NCBI GenBank assembly: GCA_011109175.1
Contig: RDEW01000059.1
Coordinates: forward strand, 202,012 to 266,011
Direction of reading: 5' to 3'
DNA length: 64,000 nt
Source of the DNA: Dicyema japonicum
Taxonomy: Eukaryota; Animalia; Dicyemida
The notes beneath the pieces are model-generated. The model was not told the origin of the DNA. It worked only from the letters and a program-made list of their open reading frames with translations, and did not search any database. Position 1 is the stretch's first letter. Each line of letters starts with the position of its first letter. The position numbers and the translations under genes were made by a program. Shown here piece after piece: positions 47,401 to 60,735 of this stretch.

Positions 47401-47768
47401 TAATTTTTTCTACATAAATTTTGAGGTAATTATGATATCGTCGGCACAAGACAGAATGGGCTGATAAGTGAATACGTAGGGCAGTTAACGCAGGTCACAC
47501 ACCACATTAAAGACACCACCCTTGCGAAAATAGGATAATATACACCCTATTAGTGGGAATAGTCACCGAGTGAATTATATTCTACTAAAACTATTAAGAC
47601 AAATTAGAAATGATACGGAAGCGCCTATTCGGAATATTATTGCAATGCATAAAATGAAATCACTCCCATTATTTACAAAAGTTATATTTTAATCCTTTTC
47701 GAAATCGAGGACCTTCTCATTTATTTAGAGTATCCGACTTTAAAGGAAGCCTTCTGTTTAAACGTTCA

Positions 47769-48586
47769 CTAAAATCTTACCTTTAATTTAAAAGAACTAA
47801 TCTGTGTTAGAATAGTAGTTTTGGAGAATGAAGACATCCAGATAAGATTTTGTTGAGATTTACTTGTATTAAGCCTCGTCTTATCGTCTTTTTGGGTGTC
47901 AGAAGGGACTATATTAATCATCAGTTCCTCTCCAAACTTTCGATATAAGTAAATTGAGTTGGTTCTACCACCACCAGGCAGTCTGGTGATTATGATCACA
48001 TTTAGGGATAATCCGTGGGAAGTAAGTGGCTGACTTTTTTGAAACCCTGTCACAGTGAGGTTGACTAATAATGAAGTATCCAAGAAAGGACTCGTGTTGA
48101 ATAAGTTAGTTGATTCGATGAGTTATGGATGGAGTCTCTGCAGTGTTCAGGGACTGGAGGAGGTTTTCCAATACGAAACCTGCTATGTCTAATATATCAA
48201 AAGTAATGGAAAATAAATTATTTTAATAAACAAAACGTCAGGAAATAACAACAAATTTGAATAATTTTTATTAACTATTAAATTTGTTCCTGCTCATTGT
48301 CAGTGATGACCATATCCGTGGGAATAAATAGAAATTCCGATCCATCAGTGGTGGATGTGGAATTTGTAGACTTATTATTCACCTCTTCAGCAAGTTTATC
48401 CAAAATATCGAATCCAAAATCCAAAGTGTCCCAAAAAGATTCTTGAAATGAGAACTTGTCTGAATAATTATCAATCATTTCTATGGAGTCATCGACTTGC
48501 TTTTTCTCAGACATATCACTAGCAGACGTATCTTTACTTTCGTCAATCTTATGTCCCAACAATTCTCTCTTTTCATGAGATTTCAA
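47769..48586 (-). CDS. Uncharacterised gene with acidic/Ser-rich N-terminus
   Basis: ORFs 48278-48586 (ATG after an AT-rich upstream region) and 47769-48083; no family recognised. Confidence 0.35.
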
Positions 48587-48794
48587 TTTGATTTTTTCCT
48601 AAAAATTAATGTTTTAAGCAAATTACAGTTAAATATTCATTTCTTCTATAAGGGCCTTTCATTCACAAAAAACAAATAAATTGCGTAAATCTACTATTTT
48701 TTAGATATCCAAATTTATTATATTTTAAATAATTAATCATTAACTATAAATTTACAATTTAATGGATTTTTCGATTTGTTTAATAACTTTATCA

Positions 48795-48875
48795 AAAACC
48801 AGCGAATCTCGCTCGCCATCCTGAGAGGGAATATCCACGCAGTCAGGGCAGCCGCTATATAACCGTTTACTCTCT
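48795..48875 (+). mobile_element. CRE-like retroelement extreme C-terminus
   Basis: QRISLAILRGNIHAV*. Confidence 0.65.
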
Positions 48876-49369
48876 TTCCTAAATGAAAACCAATATTATT
48901 TTAAAAAATTTAAATAATTAAGCCTTTCAAGTAGGATTGGGAATACGTTTCCACGTAATACTTTTTCATAATGTAAAAATGTTTTATAACTTTCGCATAA
49001 TGTTTAATCAAAAAATTGAATTGCGCAAAAATTTTCAATAAAACCACTTGAAAATGGATAATTAAGGAATTAAAAAGATGAGTGTCTTCAATGAAAACAG
49101 AAAACGCATTATTAAGGAAACCAGAAAATTGCAATATGGAAAAATTAACGAAATTATTTATTTTTTTATTTGAAAAACCAAAATTTTTAAATGTAAAGAA
49201 AAAGAGTAAATGGTTGATGCAAAGAGATTGTCTGCACGTGTTGATATGTGGAGATCTTAAATCCCTTGACAAATATGAGAACATTATCTTCCAACGAGGT
49301 TTCAAGAAAAGCTAATTAACTGTCACATATCATCTGAATTATAGCATTAATTATTGTTAAAGAAAAGTT

Positions 49370-50250
49370 GTTATGATAGGTCTCCATTATAGCCTGCAGG
49401 ATTATGCACGCAATAGGAGTTACCTCTCACATCTTCTGGAACAGGCATCCCTTCCATCTAGATTCACCCTTCCGCTTCCCCGCAGCTGTCTGATTAACCT
49501 GATAAGCTTAGACGCGCTCGGGCCATTAACGGCAACCGTCTCAACGGAGATCGACTTGAAAACGAACTGGTCCACGATGCCGTTGTATTTCCTCTTATTT
49601 AAGTTTTCAGCAGTGCATGCAGCGTAACCTGCGTGACTTAAGGAGACGTCGTATTCAGACATGTGCGAAGATGGGTATCCGCGGACCTTCCAAGTTCATT
49701 CAGCTTTTTATCACAAATGATTTCATCCCAGTCCTTTTGAGAGATAAAGTTCTTCGGAACACAAAGCCTGCTTGTTGTCCACTACTGCACAACCACGTCT
49801 AGCACAGACTCCATACTCATTCCGTGGCAAAAACATAAAATTGAGTTGGCCAAGGCATGGCAGCTTGAGAAGACAACAGGTAGCATGGAATGGATAATCG
49901 GCAGCAGAGCTCAAACCAACTCCATTAAACCTTATCGGGAGCTTTCCCTGGGACCAGTCAGTGCTGTCAAAACTGATATTGAGGATTTCTTCAGTCGTCT
50001 GTTTGATAAGATCCTCCAGAATCAGACTCGTGGAAACTTATAATGAGAAGATCATTGTGGAAACAAAAATGTTATTCTTCGTCAAGAAGACAGTATGTCT
50101 TCCAGAGTTTTAAGTAATTCCGTCATGAGTCGGAACGATTCAACCTTTTTTCTCGTAAACTTAAGCACCCCGAAAAAAATAGAGGGCATCCAAGAGAACC
50201 GTACCAGAAGATAATGTACCGTTCAAGATGTGTTCCGGGCAAGGTTTTGA
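49370..50250 (-). mobile_element. CRE-like retroelement, post-RT region and RLE, internally deleted
   Basis: FLGCPL, ILNISFDSTDWSQGKLPIRFNGVG, AACTAENLNKRKY...FKSISVET...GPSA, RGN. Confidence 0.75.
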
Positions 50251-50611
50251 GAGCAGAGGCTAATGAAAACTGAAGACGACGACTATCGTAAACCTGAAAG
50301 CATCGAAGATGCTCAGAACCTTCAACCTATGGACAGAGTCAGATTCGACACGGGTACTGCATGTTTTTGTTCGATAACTCAATACATTGAGCCATCTGAC
50401 TAACTGGTCAACTCTGTGGCTGCGAGATATAAAAGCTTGGAGACCTGGACAAACAAGATTGTTGAATTTTTGACGCAAGTTCCAATTCGATTCACTTCGG
50501 GCACTTAATTTTTGAGAATGTATACTTTGTGTGTATGACAATCTCGATAGACCAAGTCTGAAGCTTCTAGCTATGGATTCCAAGTGTTTACGTCGGATAA
50601 GCCAAACCGTC

Positions 50612-50850
50612 TATGGATTTTAAGCGTTGACTTTGTGTACTTTGGTGACAAACTAGGGGGCATTCCTTGTCTCGTCACCTCATATACCTTGAGCCACCTA
50701 GGACGTTATGAGATATTGAAAACTATTATATTCACAGATGCGCATAAGTACAAACCCGACATCGCAGAAATATTTTACGTAATAGGTCAATTACATACTA
50801 TTCGTGTAGAGTAGTCTAAATAATTCACAAAAAGTTTTCAACTAAGGCAG
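50612..50850 (+). repeat. Dispersed coding-like repeat, homolog of 56690-56908
   Basis: Shared GCGTTGACTT..GTAC..TGGT.ACAAACTAGG..CATTCCTTGTCTCGTCA, TTGAAAAC and CATACTATTCGTGTAGAGTAGTC. Confidence 0.8.
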
Positions 50851-51055
50851 ATATTGATGATGTAAGCATAAAGATTACGGATCTGACGCAGATTTATGTT
50901 TTCATTAAATAGGATATTCTCAAAAAGGTGATTCTATACAGAAACGTGTGGAAAATCGCTTGGATATCTGTTAGTTTTGGCACAACTTTTGTCTGCGAGA
51001 TTACCATGCTATCTATTTTCAGGGAAATGAGTTTTCGATTTTCAGATCAGCTAGA

Positions 51056-51333
51056 CCGGTGGCATAGTGGTTAGGTGTCGGGCTAAAGTGACTTAGGTTA
51101 CGGGTTCGATTCTCGCTGCCGTTCAACTGGTGGAAGGTTCCACGCATCTACGATGCTAAAGGGTTTGACAAGTGACGCCGTCATCAGTGGATACTCACTG
51201 CGGAACTGGATTGTCTAGAAAGGACCCACACACAAGAAAAAAAAGAAATGAAGATCATTCTTTGGTTCTACGATTAGTTAAAATTAACTGTTCTGTACTT
51301 AAATAATGTGTGTGTCCTGCCTATGCGGTGCTA
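51056..51333 (+). mobile_element. Full-length tRNA-derived SINE (about 280 bp)
   Basis: A box GGTGGCATAGTGG, B box GGTTCGATTC, body with an A-rich tract, ends ATGCGGTGCTA before AT-rich sequence; four other copies in the window. Confidence 0.88.
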
Positions 51334-52469
51334 TAAATATTATAATATTGTGGCTCTCGTGAAAAGGCTGTTATTACTATTAGATCAGCCAGACAGATCT
51401 AAAATGTCTTTAGTTAGTTTAACGATTTTTAGGTGTAAATATGTAATAAAGTTATAAAAGACTTATTGGTTGAATTGAAGGGGTTAAAAGTCATACATAA
51501 CCCCAAAAGGAATTAGTACCCCAGGTATGAAACGATCCGGTTCCCGTTGTCAACTTATAAAAACGTATGGCACTTAACCCAAAATATTGTCCTATTTATT
51601 AGTTACAAAAGAATATTTAATGAAACTATGTAGACATGTCGCACAAAAGCTACGTTACCATCCCAATTTTCCGACCAATTACCTAATTAGTCCACCGATC
51701 GCTATTATTTGATCATTAATGTCGAATGTTCACTAAATAATGGAAATCTATCACAATCTTCCGTCACCTATCGAAAACGTGCACGGACCTTTCACAAAAA
51801 AAACATTTCCGCGCAACGGTGGGTACAATGTAAGACGTGAAAAGGCGATATCAATTATTGCAACCCAGATCAAGTAACTAGGAAAATTTGTGATCAAAAT
51901 ATTGGCAAACAATTAAAATTAAATTATATTATAATTAAATCTAAATATGATTATTTAAAATAATAAATTGGATGGTTAACCAAACTTAGTATAAAATGTG
52001 ACCTGTTATTCTAATAAGTTGTTAATTATGATTGTTAAGAGTTTTAATTTTAATTTAAAAACTTTACTTGGTATATTATTTTTCTCGCAATTAACAAACT
52101 GTTATAATCAGAACAAAATAAAGTATAAAATTCTCAATTGGGTATTATTTAAGTTAACCCTAGTTATCCGAAAATACTGCAATATTATGTATCTCAGCTG
52201 CTGCATCATTATCAATTCTGAGTTTGATAATGATCGTACTAATTTTCCTTTATCTGGTTTAATTGAGTTAATATTTTAGCGAAAACAAAAAATTGTGATA
52301 TCATCAGAAAAGGTATGAGATTTATTTATCACTAAGAATGTTGAATATCAGGATTTGCTTTACGACTACAATTAATTATTAACTTGAGTATTTCGGTTGA
52401 TTAATTCCTTAATTATCTTAAACTTTTCGTAATTAGAATATTTTATTGTATTGATCTAAAAAAGAACAA

Positions 52470-53000
52470 AAAATTAGGGGAGCACAGGAATCATAGTTCG
52501 ATAACTGTGTAGTTATCCTGGATTGAGAGGGAAATCGGCTCAGAGAAAGCGTCGTTCGCGAAGGTCCCCTAAGATTATATTCCGAGTTTCTGAACATTAC
52601 GTATGACGACTGTTCAAGACTCCTGAGATTTCCATAGCAAGAGGAACAAATGTTACATTATATTTGAGGTACTTCCGACGCTTCAATCACTTGCGTTTCA
52701 AGAAACTAATCAGAAATTGGCAGCTCTCTTGAGGCAGTCGTTTGAAGCTAAGGTAGTAGACTAGGAACCTTCAAACAACAAAAATTAGATGGTCATTCAA
52801 TAAAAAACGTTTTCTATCTTGTCTAAACATTCTGGAGGTTTCGACTACTGAACGGAAATCAACGGCTTCCAAAGCTCGTCGAACGTCTGAGACCTTGCCG
52901 ACACTTCTTGCAGGGAATGGATGTAATTCAAAACTTTCAATTCGCTCACCATATTGCACTGGTATGGAATAAAGTATTCAGTCTTAGTCATGAATGAATA
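52470..53000 (-). mobile_element. CRE-like retroelement Zn-knuckle/RLE remnant
   Basis: IPCKKCRQG, RRALEAVDFRSVVETSRMFRQDRKR, KRRKY...FVPLAMEISG, GDLRERRFL. Confidence 0.7.
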
Positions 53001-54588
53001 TCTTAGTCAAGTCTCCAATGCTCTAAAAAGAATATCTCTGAGACAGGGTCCACTTTCAAGTCGGTTGGAAAATTTCAAAATATTAACAAATTATTTTTTT
53101 AAATTTAGACAGGTCACTAAGACGAATCACCTCACACGTGTTTCTTTGTTTCAACTTGTTATGTCTTTGATATTGATACTTTTTAAACGAATCTAATCTG
53201 TTTTGTATTCAGGATGTCGTGTTGTTTGTACGGAGCGTTAGCATGCTAGAAAATCAAAAATTACAGAGTTTTCTTTTTCTCTGCACACGAATAGAAGGAA
53301 GACGAGACATAATTGTTAGTTGGGGATATAGATATTTTCTGAAATATGTGTCAACTTAACCAGGTTGAAAATTCCTTATTATTACTGAGTTTAAAATAAA
53401 AAAATTCTATAATTCATTGACAAGTTGCTCTTTCGTTTCATTTCAGTTGAGCCTTTAAGAATTTGACCCACGTGCAAGAGGAAAAAGCCAAGAGAATCGA
53501 TGTCTTTCTGAGATATCGGTCTTGTATATGAGTTAACATTGCGAATCAATTTTATATTTTTCTTTGAATTAGAATCATTTTCTTGCCATTTCCTCTCAAA
53601 AACCATGACCTACATCATTAATAGAACATTCGAAAATAAATTACATGTTCAACGCTGACAATATTCTCAAATTCCTCAAATTTTAGTCACGTGTCGTTTG
53701 AAACATCATGTTTCTAACGACTCACAAGTCGACAAGCAGGATGATTCGGACTATTGATTTTGTCGTTCAAGAAAAGATGAAAACATCCATAGCTCCACCA
53801 CTCAGTCATTAGCTCAAACTTTCGTCCGACTATCCAATAGACGATCTGACCCGGTCTATATTAGCCAAAATAATAAAATACTTCCTCGAGGATTGAATCA
53901 CCTAACGGGAGATGCAATCCTTTAATTAACAAAGAATAGTAAAAAGTAAAATAACTCTAAAATATCCCAAAATCTCTAACATAACTAATGAATCTATAAA
54001 CGTAATAAAGTAATCGTACCAATTTCTTTTTCGAGAAAGACTCTCATATGGCTCGGATGTAGACCGTCAAGCCGGTTGCTTCCTGGAATTTTTAGATCAA
54101 ATTTTTATAACAATTCGTTCACCAATTTAAATTTTAGGGCAATTTAATTGACTTTCTAAGGACGATTCATTGTTTTTAAGGACAACTTTCCTAGTTATTA
54201 GTAAGCTGTAGCAAATTGAGATTGTCAAAAATATCAGTAATACTTATGCGAAAATTAATTTAAATCTTGTATTTTGATGAAATTACTTTAATTCCTTTCC
54301 TAAGCCCTTATTTGATCACAAAATGACATTTATACTCGACATTCTAATAGAGACCGATCTTTACGGTCCTTAACGAAAAAAGATCATTTTTATTAAATTT
54401 TGTGTTTTCATGAATAAAATCGACATTTCACGTAATGGATACACGCTAGCACCTCAACCTTGCGACCAATAGCAACTAACCGGTTTCAAATAATCAACGC
54501 CAAAAAGTAAAACCAAGTATTGTTAGAGATCACACATTCTCGTTGGAACTAAATGTTTCTTTTTCATCAATGCACCCGAACCGTCTAA

Positions 54589-55587
54589 CTACTCCAATTT
54601 TCTTATAAGAATCCACAAATTCTGACTCATTTTGATCCACAAGCAGGAACATTTCATACACTTATTATCAAAGCAATCCAATTTTTTTTCATTCCACCTT
54701 TTTTTTGTACTCTCGCAAGTCACTCCAAACGTATAATGATTGGAATATGATTCAATACAGTTGTCCTCTTCATCCATCGCGGACTTGGGTTCTTTAAGTT
54801 TTTTGGGGGTTATTCGACATTGGAGAGTAATCTCTATTTCAGAAAAAATTTGCATTATAGTGCCAACATACACATACATAATCAGAAAAGCCGACCATTC
54901 GAAGAAAGCTGTGACACTGAGAAGAAACTAAAATATGAAATAGCACTACATTTGTCTTTATGTGAAACAAGACAACCCGAAAAACAGTGACTAAATAAAA
55001 AAAACGGAAATACACAAAATAATGACCAAAACGATGGAGGAGGTTAATATAATCTGCAGTCTGCAATGAAACTTTGAGAAATGTAGGATGTAGTTTGTAT
55101 AAATTCAAGGCCATTAATCCCATAGACACTGCAAGAAACCCAAATCCTATCCCTCCCCCAATCATATGGATTTTAGTTTTGTCGTTTAACTACAAAACAT
55201 ACAATGAAATACTTCAAAATTAACTGTAACTAACAAGCCGATAGCACAGATTAGGGAGGAGATGAGACTCAGTAAATTAAGAGTGTTTTTCTCCCGTTTT
55301 TTCACAAGATAAATCCTTATTATGTCATATTGGATGTAGAGAATCAGAATGTCTAAAATCATTAACAAGGTGACTCAATGAGAAAGATAAATTCATAAAA
55401 AGTGAGAAAAATGAACTTTCAGCGCGATTTCTGTAAAAGTCACTAGAATTTGTATTTCTTATTACCTGATGAATGGGATTAGTGGTAAATCGTCCTTTGG
55501 CTTATAAAGTTCCTTCAAAATTACAGTGCCGACAATTCCTATGAAGGCACTTAAAATTGATGTTATAATAAAAAAATTAGGATTCAT
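54589..55587 (-). CDS. DRAM/TMEM150 (Frag1/DRAM/Sfk1) family membrane protein, copy 1
   Basis: PFISD...ESSFFSLFMNL, LYIQY, LNLLSL..ICAIGLLVTVNFE, IHMIGGGIGF, AFFEWSAFLIM..TIMQIFSEIEI; 22-23 nt introns; one apparent frameshift near 55085. Confidence 0.8.
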
Positions 55588-55704
55588 TGTTTTTTGAGTC
55601 AAAGTTTATTCTGAAACTAGTGTAGTACCTCAAATAATTAATAATATTATTTTAAATTTTATTAATAGTTTTATTTTAAGTTTTTATTTTTTATTTTAAT
55701 AATC

Positions 55705-55945
55705 AAATAGCTCCGCGTGGCGCCAGTTGATCAATAATTTTTTCTTTCCTTCCGATGGCGTCATTGGATCCACCTACCTAAGGAGACCTTCGAGATTTCC
55801 CTGTTTCATGAGTTATAGTATGACCCTTCATGAATATCCACTTTTTTATAGCCCTTCTAGATCTCAGATAGTTGAGTTAATGAGTAGATATTCTAGTAGA
55901 GCAAAAAGCCTCATGAGAAACAAGACTATCTTCGTTTTCACTTAG
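55705..55945 (-). repeat. Probable RLE 3' end upstream of DRAM copy 1; part of the inverted duplication
   Basis: Collinear reverse complement of 61425-61680. Confidence 0.7.
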
Positions 55946-56689
55946 GGATTTACCCAAACTCTTTCACAATTTGAATACATGAGAGTTCCCTTATACTAAA
56001 ATCAAATTATTCCAAAAACTAAATCATTAGTAATCCTGAGATCATCTAGACCCCTCATCCAGAGGAATTATTGATGCGATCCGTTAATGTTGAAAAAAAA
56101 TTTCCATTTACTCAATTCATATGTTGACTATATGATATATATAAGGAAAATTATAGAAAAAATTTCTCTGTTTCTCCTCTTCCCATTTCGAATAATAGCG
56201 CCCATCATACATTTAGTATCACAAACTTTCGTAATCTCAGAATTTAGTTGGAAGAAATAATCAGCACATGAGCTGCCAGATCGAAAATCCCATTTTTGTG
56301 ACGTCATGAAATTTTCATCTTCCACCTGTTTACATAACCTCAGACACAATTTGCTTAATAGTTTTGAAATATAGAAAATAAGGATGATTGGTCTGTAATT
56401 TGTGAGATCTCTCCTGTGTCGAGCGATTTACAAAATTGGCTGAATCACTTCGTTTTTAATTTTTTATTTGAGATCAAACTCCACGTAGTATCTCCCATAT
56501 ATTCTGAAACTGAGGGTACATTTCAAACTTAACATGCTTTTCTCGGTATATTTGAAATTATCATTTCTGCATTACCTAGCCAACAAAAAGTTATTAAACA
56601 GGCTTCAACTCTCCATTTCCGTTCTGTTTAGTCCACCACATTTTTTTCGGTTTTATTTGAACGTAGAGTAAGATCTCCCATCCAGTATG

Positions 56690-56908
56690 TTCGCACATTG
56701 TTTTAAACGATTTGTAAAAATTATTTGGACTACTCTACACGAATAGTATGTGATGGACCTAATTATGTCGAATCTCAATAAAATATTTTCTACGATGTCG
56801 AATTTATAAAAATGGACATCTGCGAAAATAACCGTTTTCAATGACGAGACAAGGAATGTCCCTAGTTTGTTACCACAGTACAGAGAAGTCAACGCTCTGA
56901 ATCCAAAG
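56690..56908 (-). repeat. Dispersed coding-like repeat within open ORF 56653-56973
   Basis: Homolog of 50612-50850; LKTVIFADVHFYKFDIVE versus LKTIIFTDAHKYKPDIAE. Confidence 0.8.
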
Positions 56909-58804
56909 GACCACGATAGGAACTCTAGACGTCTTCTATCCTGATTTGTTTTTTTTAAATTCAAAATAAACACTCTTCGATTCCAAATCCCCGAATAGAA
57001 TCGAATTGGGATTTGCGCTAAAAATTGAACAATTTTGTTTGTCCACCTCTCCGAATTTTTATAATGAAATTCCCCAGTATTCGGTCAGATCTCAACACAC
57101 AATTTCAACAAATAAAAACTCGCAAACATCAAAGCATGCCACATAGATTAATTGTTTGAAGACAGTATCTTTTGTAACTTCAACAGCCTCATTTACTCTG
57201 GAATCAAAAATGTTTGCCTCTGTTTTTTATCAAACGTTAAGTTTTTGATATTGATGGTTCATGCTTGCATATGTTCAAATTTAAAATTAATTCTGATTAA
57301 AATCGGAATCATCTGATCACAGCAGGTAGATTCACCTGATAATGCCTTAATTCATGCCTCTGTTTGAATTTCTCTTTCTCGTCCACTCTTGGCTCTGTCT
57401 TGTGGTCGTAAAAGGCAGGAAGGGCATAAAAATATCCGTGACCTAATCGTCCAATCTGTTTTTATTTTCACTTTTAATAAATAGATACAAGTATTTACCA
57501 ATTATTTGAACTTGAATCCTCTTTCGATAAATAATGGAATATTTTTTGTACGAAAAATAGTTCCCTTGCTTGTATTCCTCCTTTCTGAATGTTCCTTTTT
57601 AAGAGATGATCTGCAGTCTTCAATTTCGTTTCACGATTCAAAGGCGTTATAATTAACACAATAAATTTGAAATGAAACGTGACTTTTAAAATATTAATTT
57701 TTAAAATCGAATCAATTTTATATAATAAAAAAATTAATGCCTAAAATAAAGGTGCTACATTTAATTGTCATACTTTTTGTAGAAAATTCATAGATCGCTC
57801 CAAAACTGAGTTTTCCTAAAAATAGAGGTGCCCCACCTCGGAGGTGCGCCCTAAATAGAAGTCGGAGTGTAATTCAATTTAGGCATAAGTTATCTATGTT
57901 GCAGAAAAAGTGTTTTAAAACGCACTTATTAAACGTCGGCTTGAGTCTGCCGGTTTTCCTTCTCAGATGTGGCTTGACCATGGGGATACAAAGAGACTCG
58001 ATGAGTTGACTACTTTCATATGAGGATATGCCTTTGGACTTATAATTCGTCAACTCGTTTATATTTCTCAGTTGAGGGTGAAATACATGGTGAATGTAAA
58101 ATCATTTTTGAAGTTGGAAAAACTTCAATAAAAGGTTCAACCCGTAAAATGAGTCAATATTTAGTATTTTAATTGTACCAGTAAATTTTGTTCATTTTAC
58201 TTTACTGAAAATGATGTAATAAAAATCAATTCAGAACTACTTTTTAGACTGAGCAGGTAATAATACTAATTTGTACAAAAATGTCGTTATCTCAAGAGAA
58301 TACAATTTAGAATGTGCCTTGCATGTTCCATCTCTCTATTGCAAGAAGTCCAATTTCAGGAAGACATCAAATAGATTATATTTTACCGATGATACCTGAT
58401 AATCTCTTGGAGAAATTTCTGCCAGTGTGTTTCTGAATAGAATGTCTTTAGCTCCTCTTCCAAATTTACAGCAAACAAATCTGGGACAGAGAATTCCTTT
58501 AGTGGACTACCAATGTCATAAAGAAAATTTCATAGTGCTTCATGCCAACTTTTACTGATAGCTCTGTTTCTGCAGATGGAATGTACTAACCTCAGGCTGT
58601 ATTTATTTAATATATTAATACTGTCGAACGCCCTGCTCAGATTAATTATAGGGACCTGTTTAGTCTTCGCATATTTTTGGCATTCAGCTGCACACCAACG
58701 ATGACTCCATACAACATCTGTGGACAGGTATTCTTATAGGGTTTTCCTATCGATAACGACAGAAAAAAATTAATTTTTCAACAATACTAGTTAAACAAAA
58801 AAAA

Positions 58805-59125
58805 GATTTATTCATNCATTCAGTGTAATTTCACCACTAACTGCTCTCATAATGTATCCTTCCATCCTTCTGAAGTATTCTTCACAGTCCTCAGGGGTAA
58901 TCAATTCGAAAGATGAGATAAGATATCTTAGCTGTAAATCATCAATAAAGACCCTCTCTTCACAAAATCCTTTCATTTTAAGAGGACATTCTCAATTGGA
59001 TTAAGGAATGGTGAGTGTGGAGAAAGATATAGTATCTTGAAGTAGTGGGATTGGATTACATCGTTGATTCCATTGCAATGGTGAATCCTAGCATTGTCCA
59101 TGACGAAATAGAGATCCACAATTCC
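58805..59125 (-). mobile_element. Tc1/IS630-like DDE transposase C-terminal remnant, abutting a LINE tail
   Basis: FVMDNARIHH...LYLSPHSPFLNPIEN...ITPEDCEEYF. Confidence 0.85.
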
Positions 59126-59128
59126 TTT

Positions 59129-60590
59129 ATAATTATTATTATTACCCCAGGATCACTGGGTCAAAGAGAAAGAAATAAAAGTTTTCAACTAACTAAGTGA
59201 TCCCAGACCGAACAGGGAGAGGACGAGTCAGGTGGGGTCGAGAATCCTGAACAGCTCTTCTCATTGGAAATGGGATCGGCTAAAAATTTCTGTATGGTTG
59301 TAGATATTCGAAAGTGTATGGAATAAAAAGCAGCTCGGTAAAATAGCCTCCTTCGAGAGTTTCCGTTGTAATTTGATTAAGAAATTTTCAATGGGCTGGA
59401 TTTGTGTTCTGGTCCAATTAACCTTATTGCAGTCTCCTCGATTGCGGATAGTTTCAATGAGGAGGATCGTGAAATCTACATTGCCCATGAAGGACTTGCA
59501 TACGTCATCGTTGGTCGGATAAATTGATTATAAATCGTGGCAAGACCACCAGTTTGGTCTATAAGTGTTTTTGAGAGCACTTTTAAAATTCTCATTTTCT
59601 TCAGAGTAGAAGTTACTTTGTTTTCAACATGTCGGATAAAGGTGAGTCCCTGATCAAAGGTTACTCCCAGAATCTTCGGTGTTTGTTATAGAATAGCTTC
59701 GTTCTTCATAAAGATTTGGTTCAATACAGAGCTGTCTATTGTAGTGGTAAACAGCGTGACAGAGGACTTTGTTGCTGATGTGTCGACTCTCCGCTTCGAG
59801 AGCTATAGTTCCAGCTTGTCAAGCATTTGTTGAGCGAGACTGAGTCGCTGATTGAATGTTTCTGTTTTGGAGGCAAGAGTGATATCGTCGGCATAGGAGA
59901 GGATTAGACAGTTTTCATTACAGGTTTGTGGCATGTCGTTTATATAGAGATTGAAGAGTTGGGGTGATATGGGGAGCCTTGAGAGACTCCATTTGGGAAA
60001 TAGCGAGATCTTGATTTGATGTTGTTGCAGAGTTCTTGTGCTCGTCTTCCATTTAGGAAGTTTCCAAGCCAAAGTTTCAGGTTCGGATGGATGTTGGTTT
60101 CAAATATTTTATTTGTAAGGAGTTTCCTGGTGACTGAGTAGAACGCTTTTGTGATATCCACGAATATAAGTACTGTCCTCTGATGAGGTTGGGGGAGTTA
60201 AATCATTCCGTAAATGATTGTGTTGTGGTCGAATGGTTACCCCAAAACCGTGGTGGGTCGAACGTATTGAGATTGAGTTTTTTACTTTTTTCCAGAACAT
60301 GCCTTTCATGGACCCTTGAGACCGGGCTCAGAATAGATATTGGGCAATAGGAAGATGGTTCATTTATTGGTTTGTTAGTTTTCGAATAGGTTTGATTAGA
60401 GACTTCTTCCATATTTGAAGAATTGTATTCGTGTTGATGGATATAGGTTAATAGTTCCAGGGCTCGATGGCCTTGGTGTTTCAGATTACATATGGTTACG
60501 TTGTCTGGTCCTATGGCCTCTGAGTTGTTGGCTTTGGATATGGCTCTGCGTTTGAGAACCACTGCTCTATATAATCTTGACAATAAGGTT
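59129..60590 (-). mobile_element. 5'-truncated degenerate LINE (RT + C-terminus, (TAA)n tail), family A
   Basis: AIGPDNV, YCPISILSP, DITKAFYSV, WLGNFLNGRRA, SYADDITLAS, IYNQFIRPTMTYAS. Confidence 0.9.
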
Positions 60591-60697
60591 TATGACTAGG
60601 GAGATTTTTTTGACTTTATATATCCGTAATTTTGACCAAAAATGACTATTGACCACAAAATTATATGTTGTTTTTCCATTTTTGTAATAGAATAAAC

Positions 60698-60735
60698 CAG
60701 TGCTTCTCAACGATGTGCCGCGGCACACTGGTGGA
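60698..60735 (+). mobile_element. hAT-type left end (TIR + palindrome)
   Basis: CAGTGCTTCTCAAC followed by TGTGCCGCGGCACA; partner TIR not confidently found. Confidence 0.45.
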
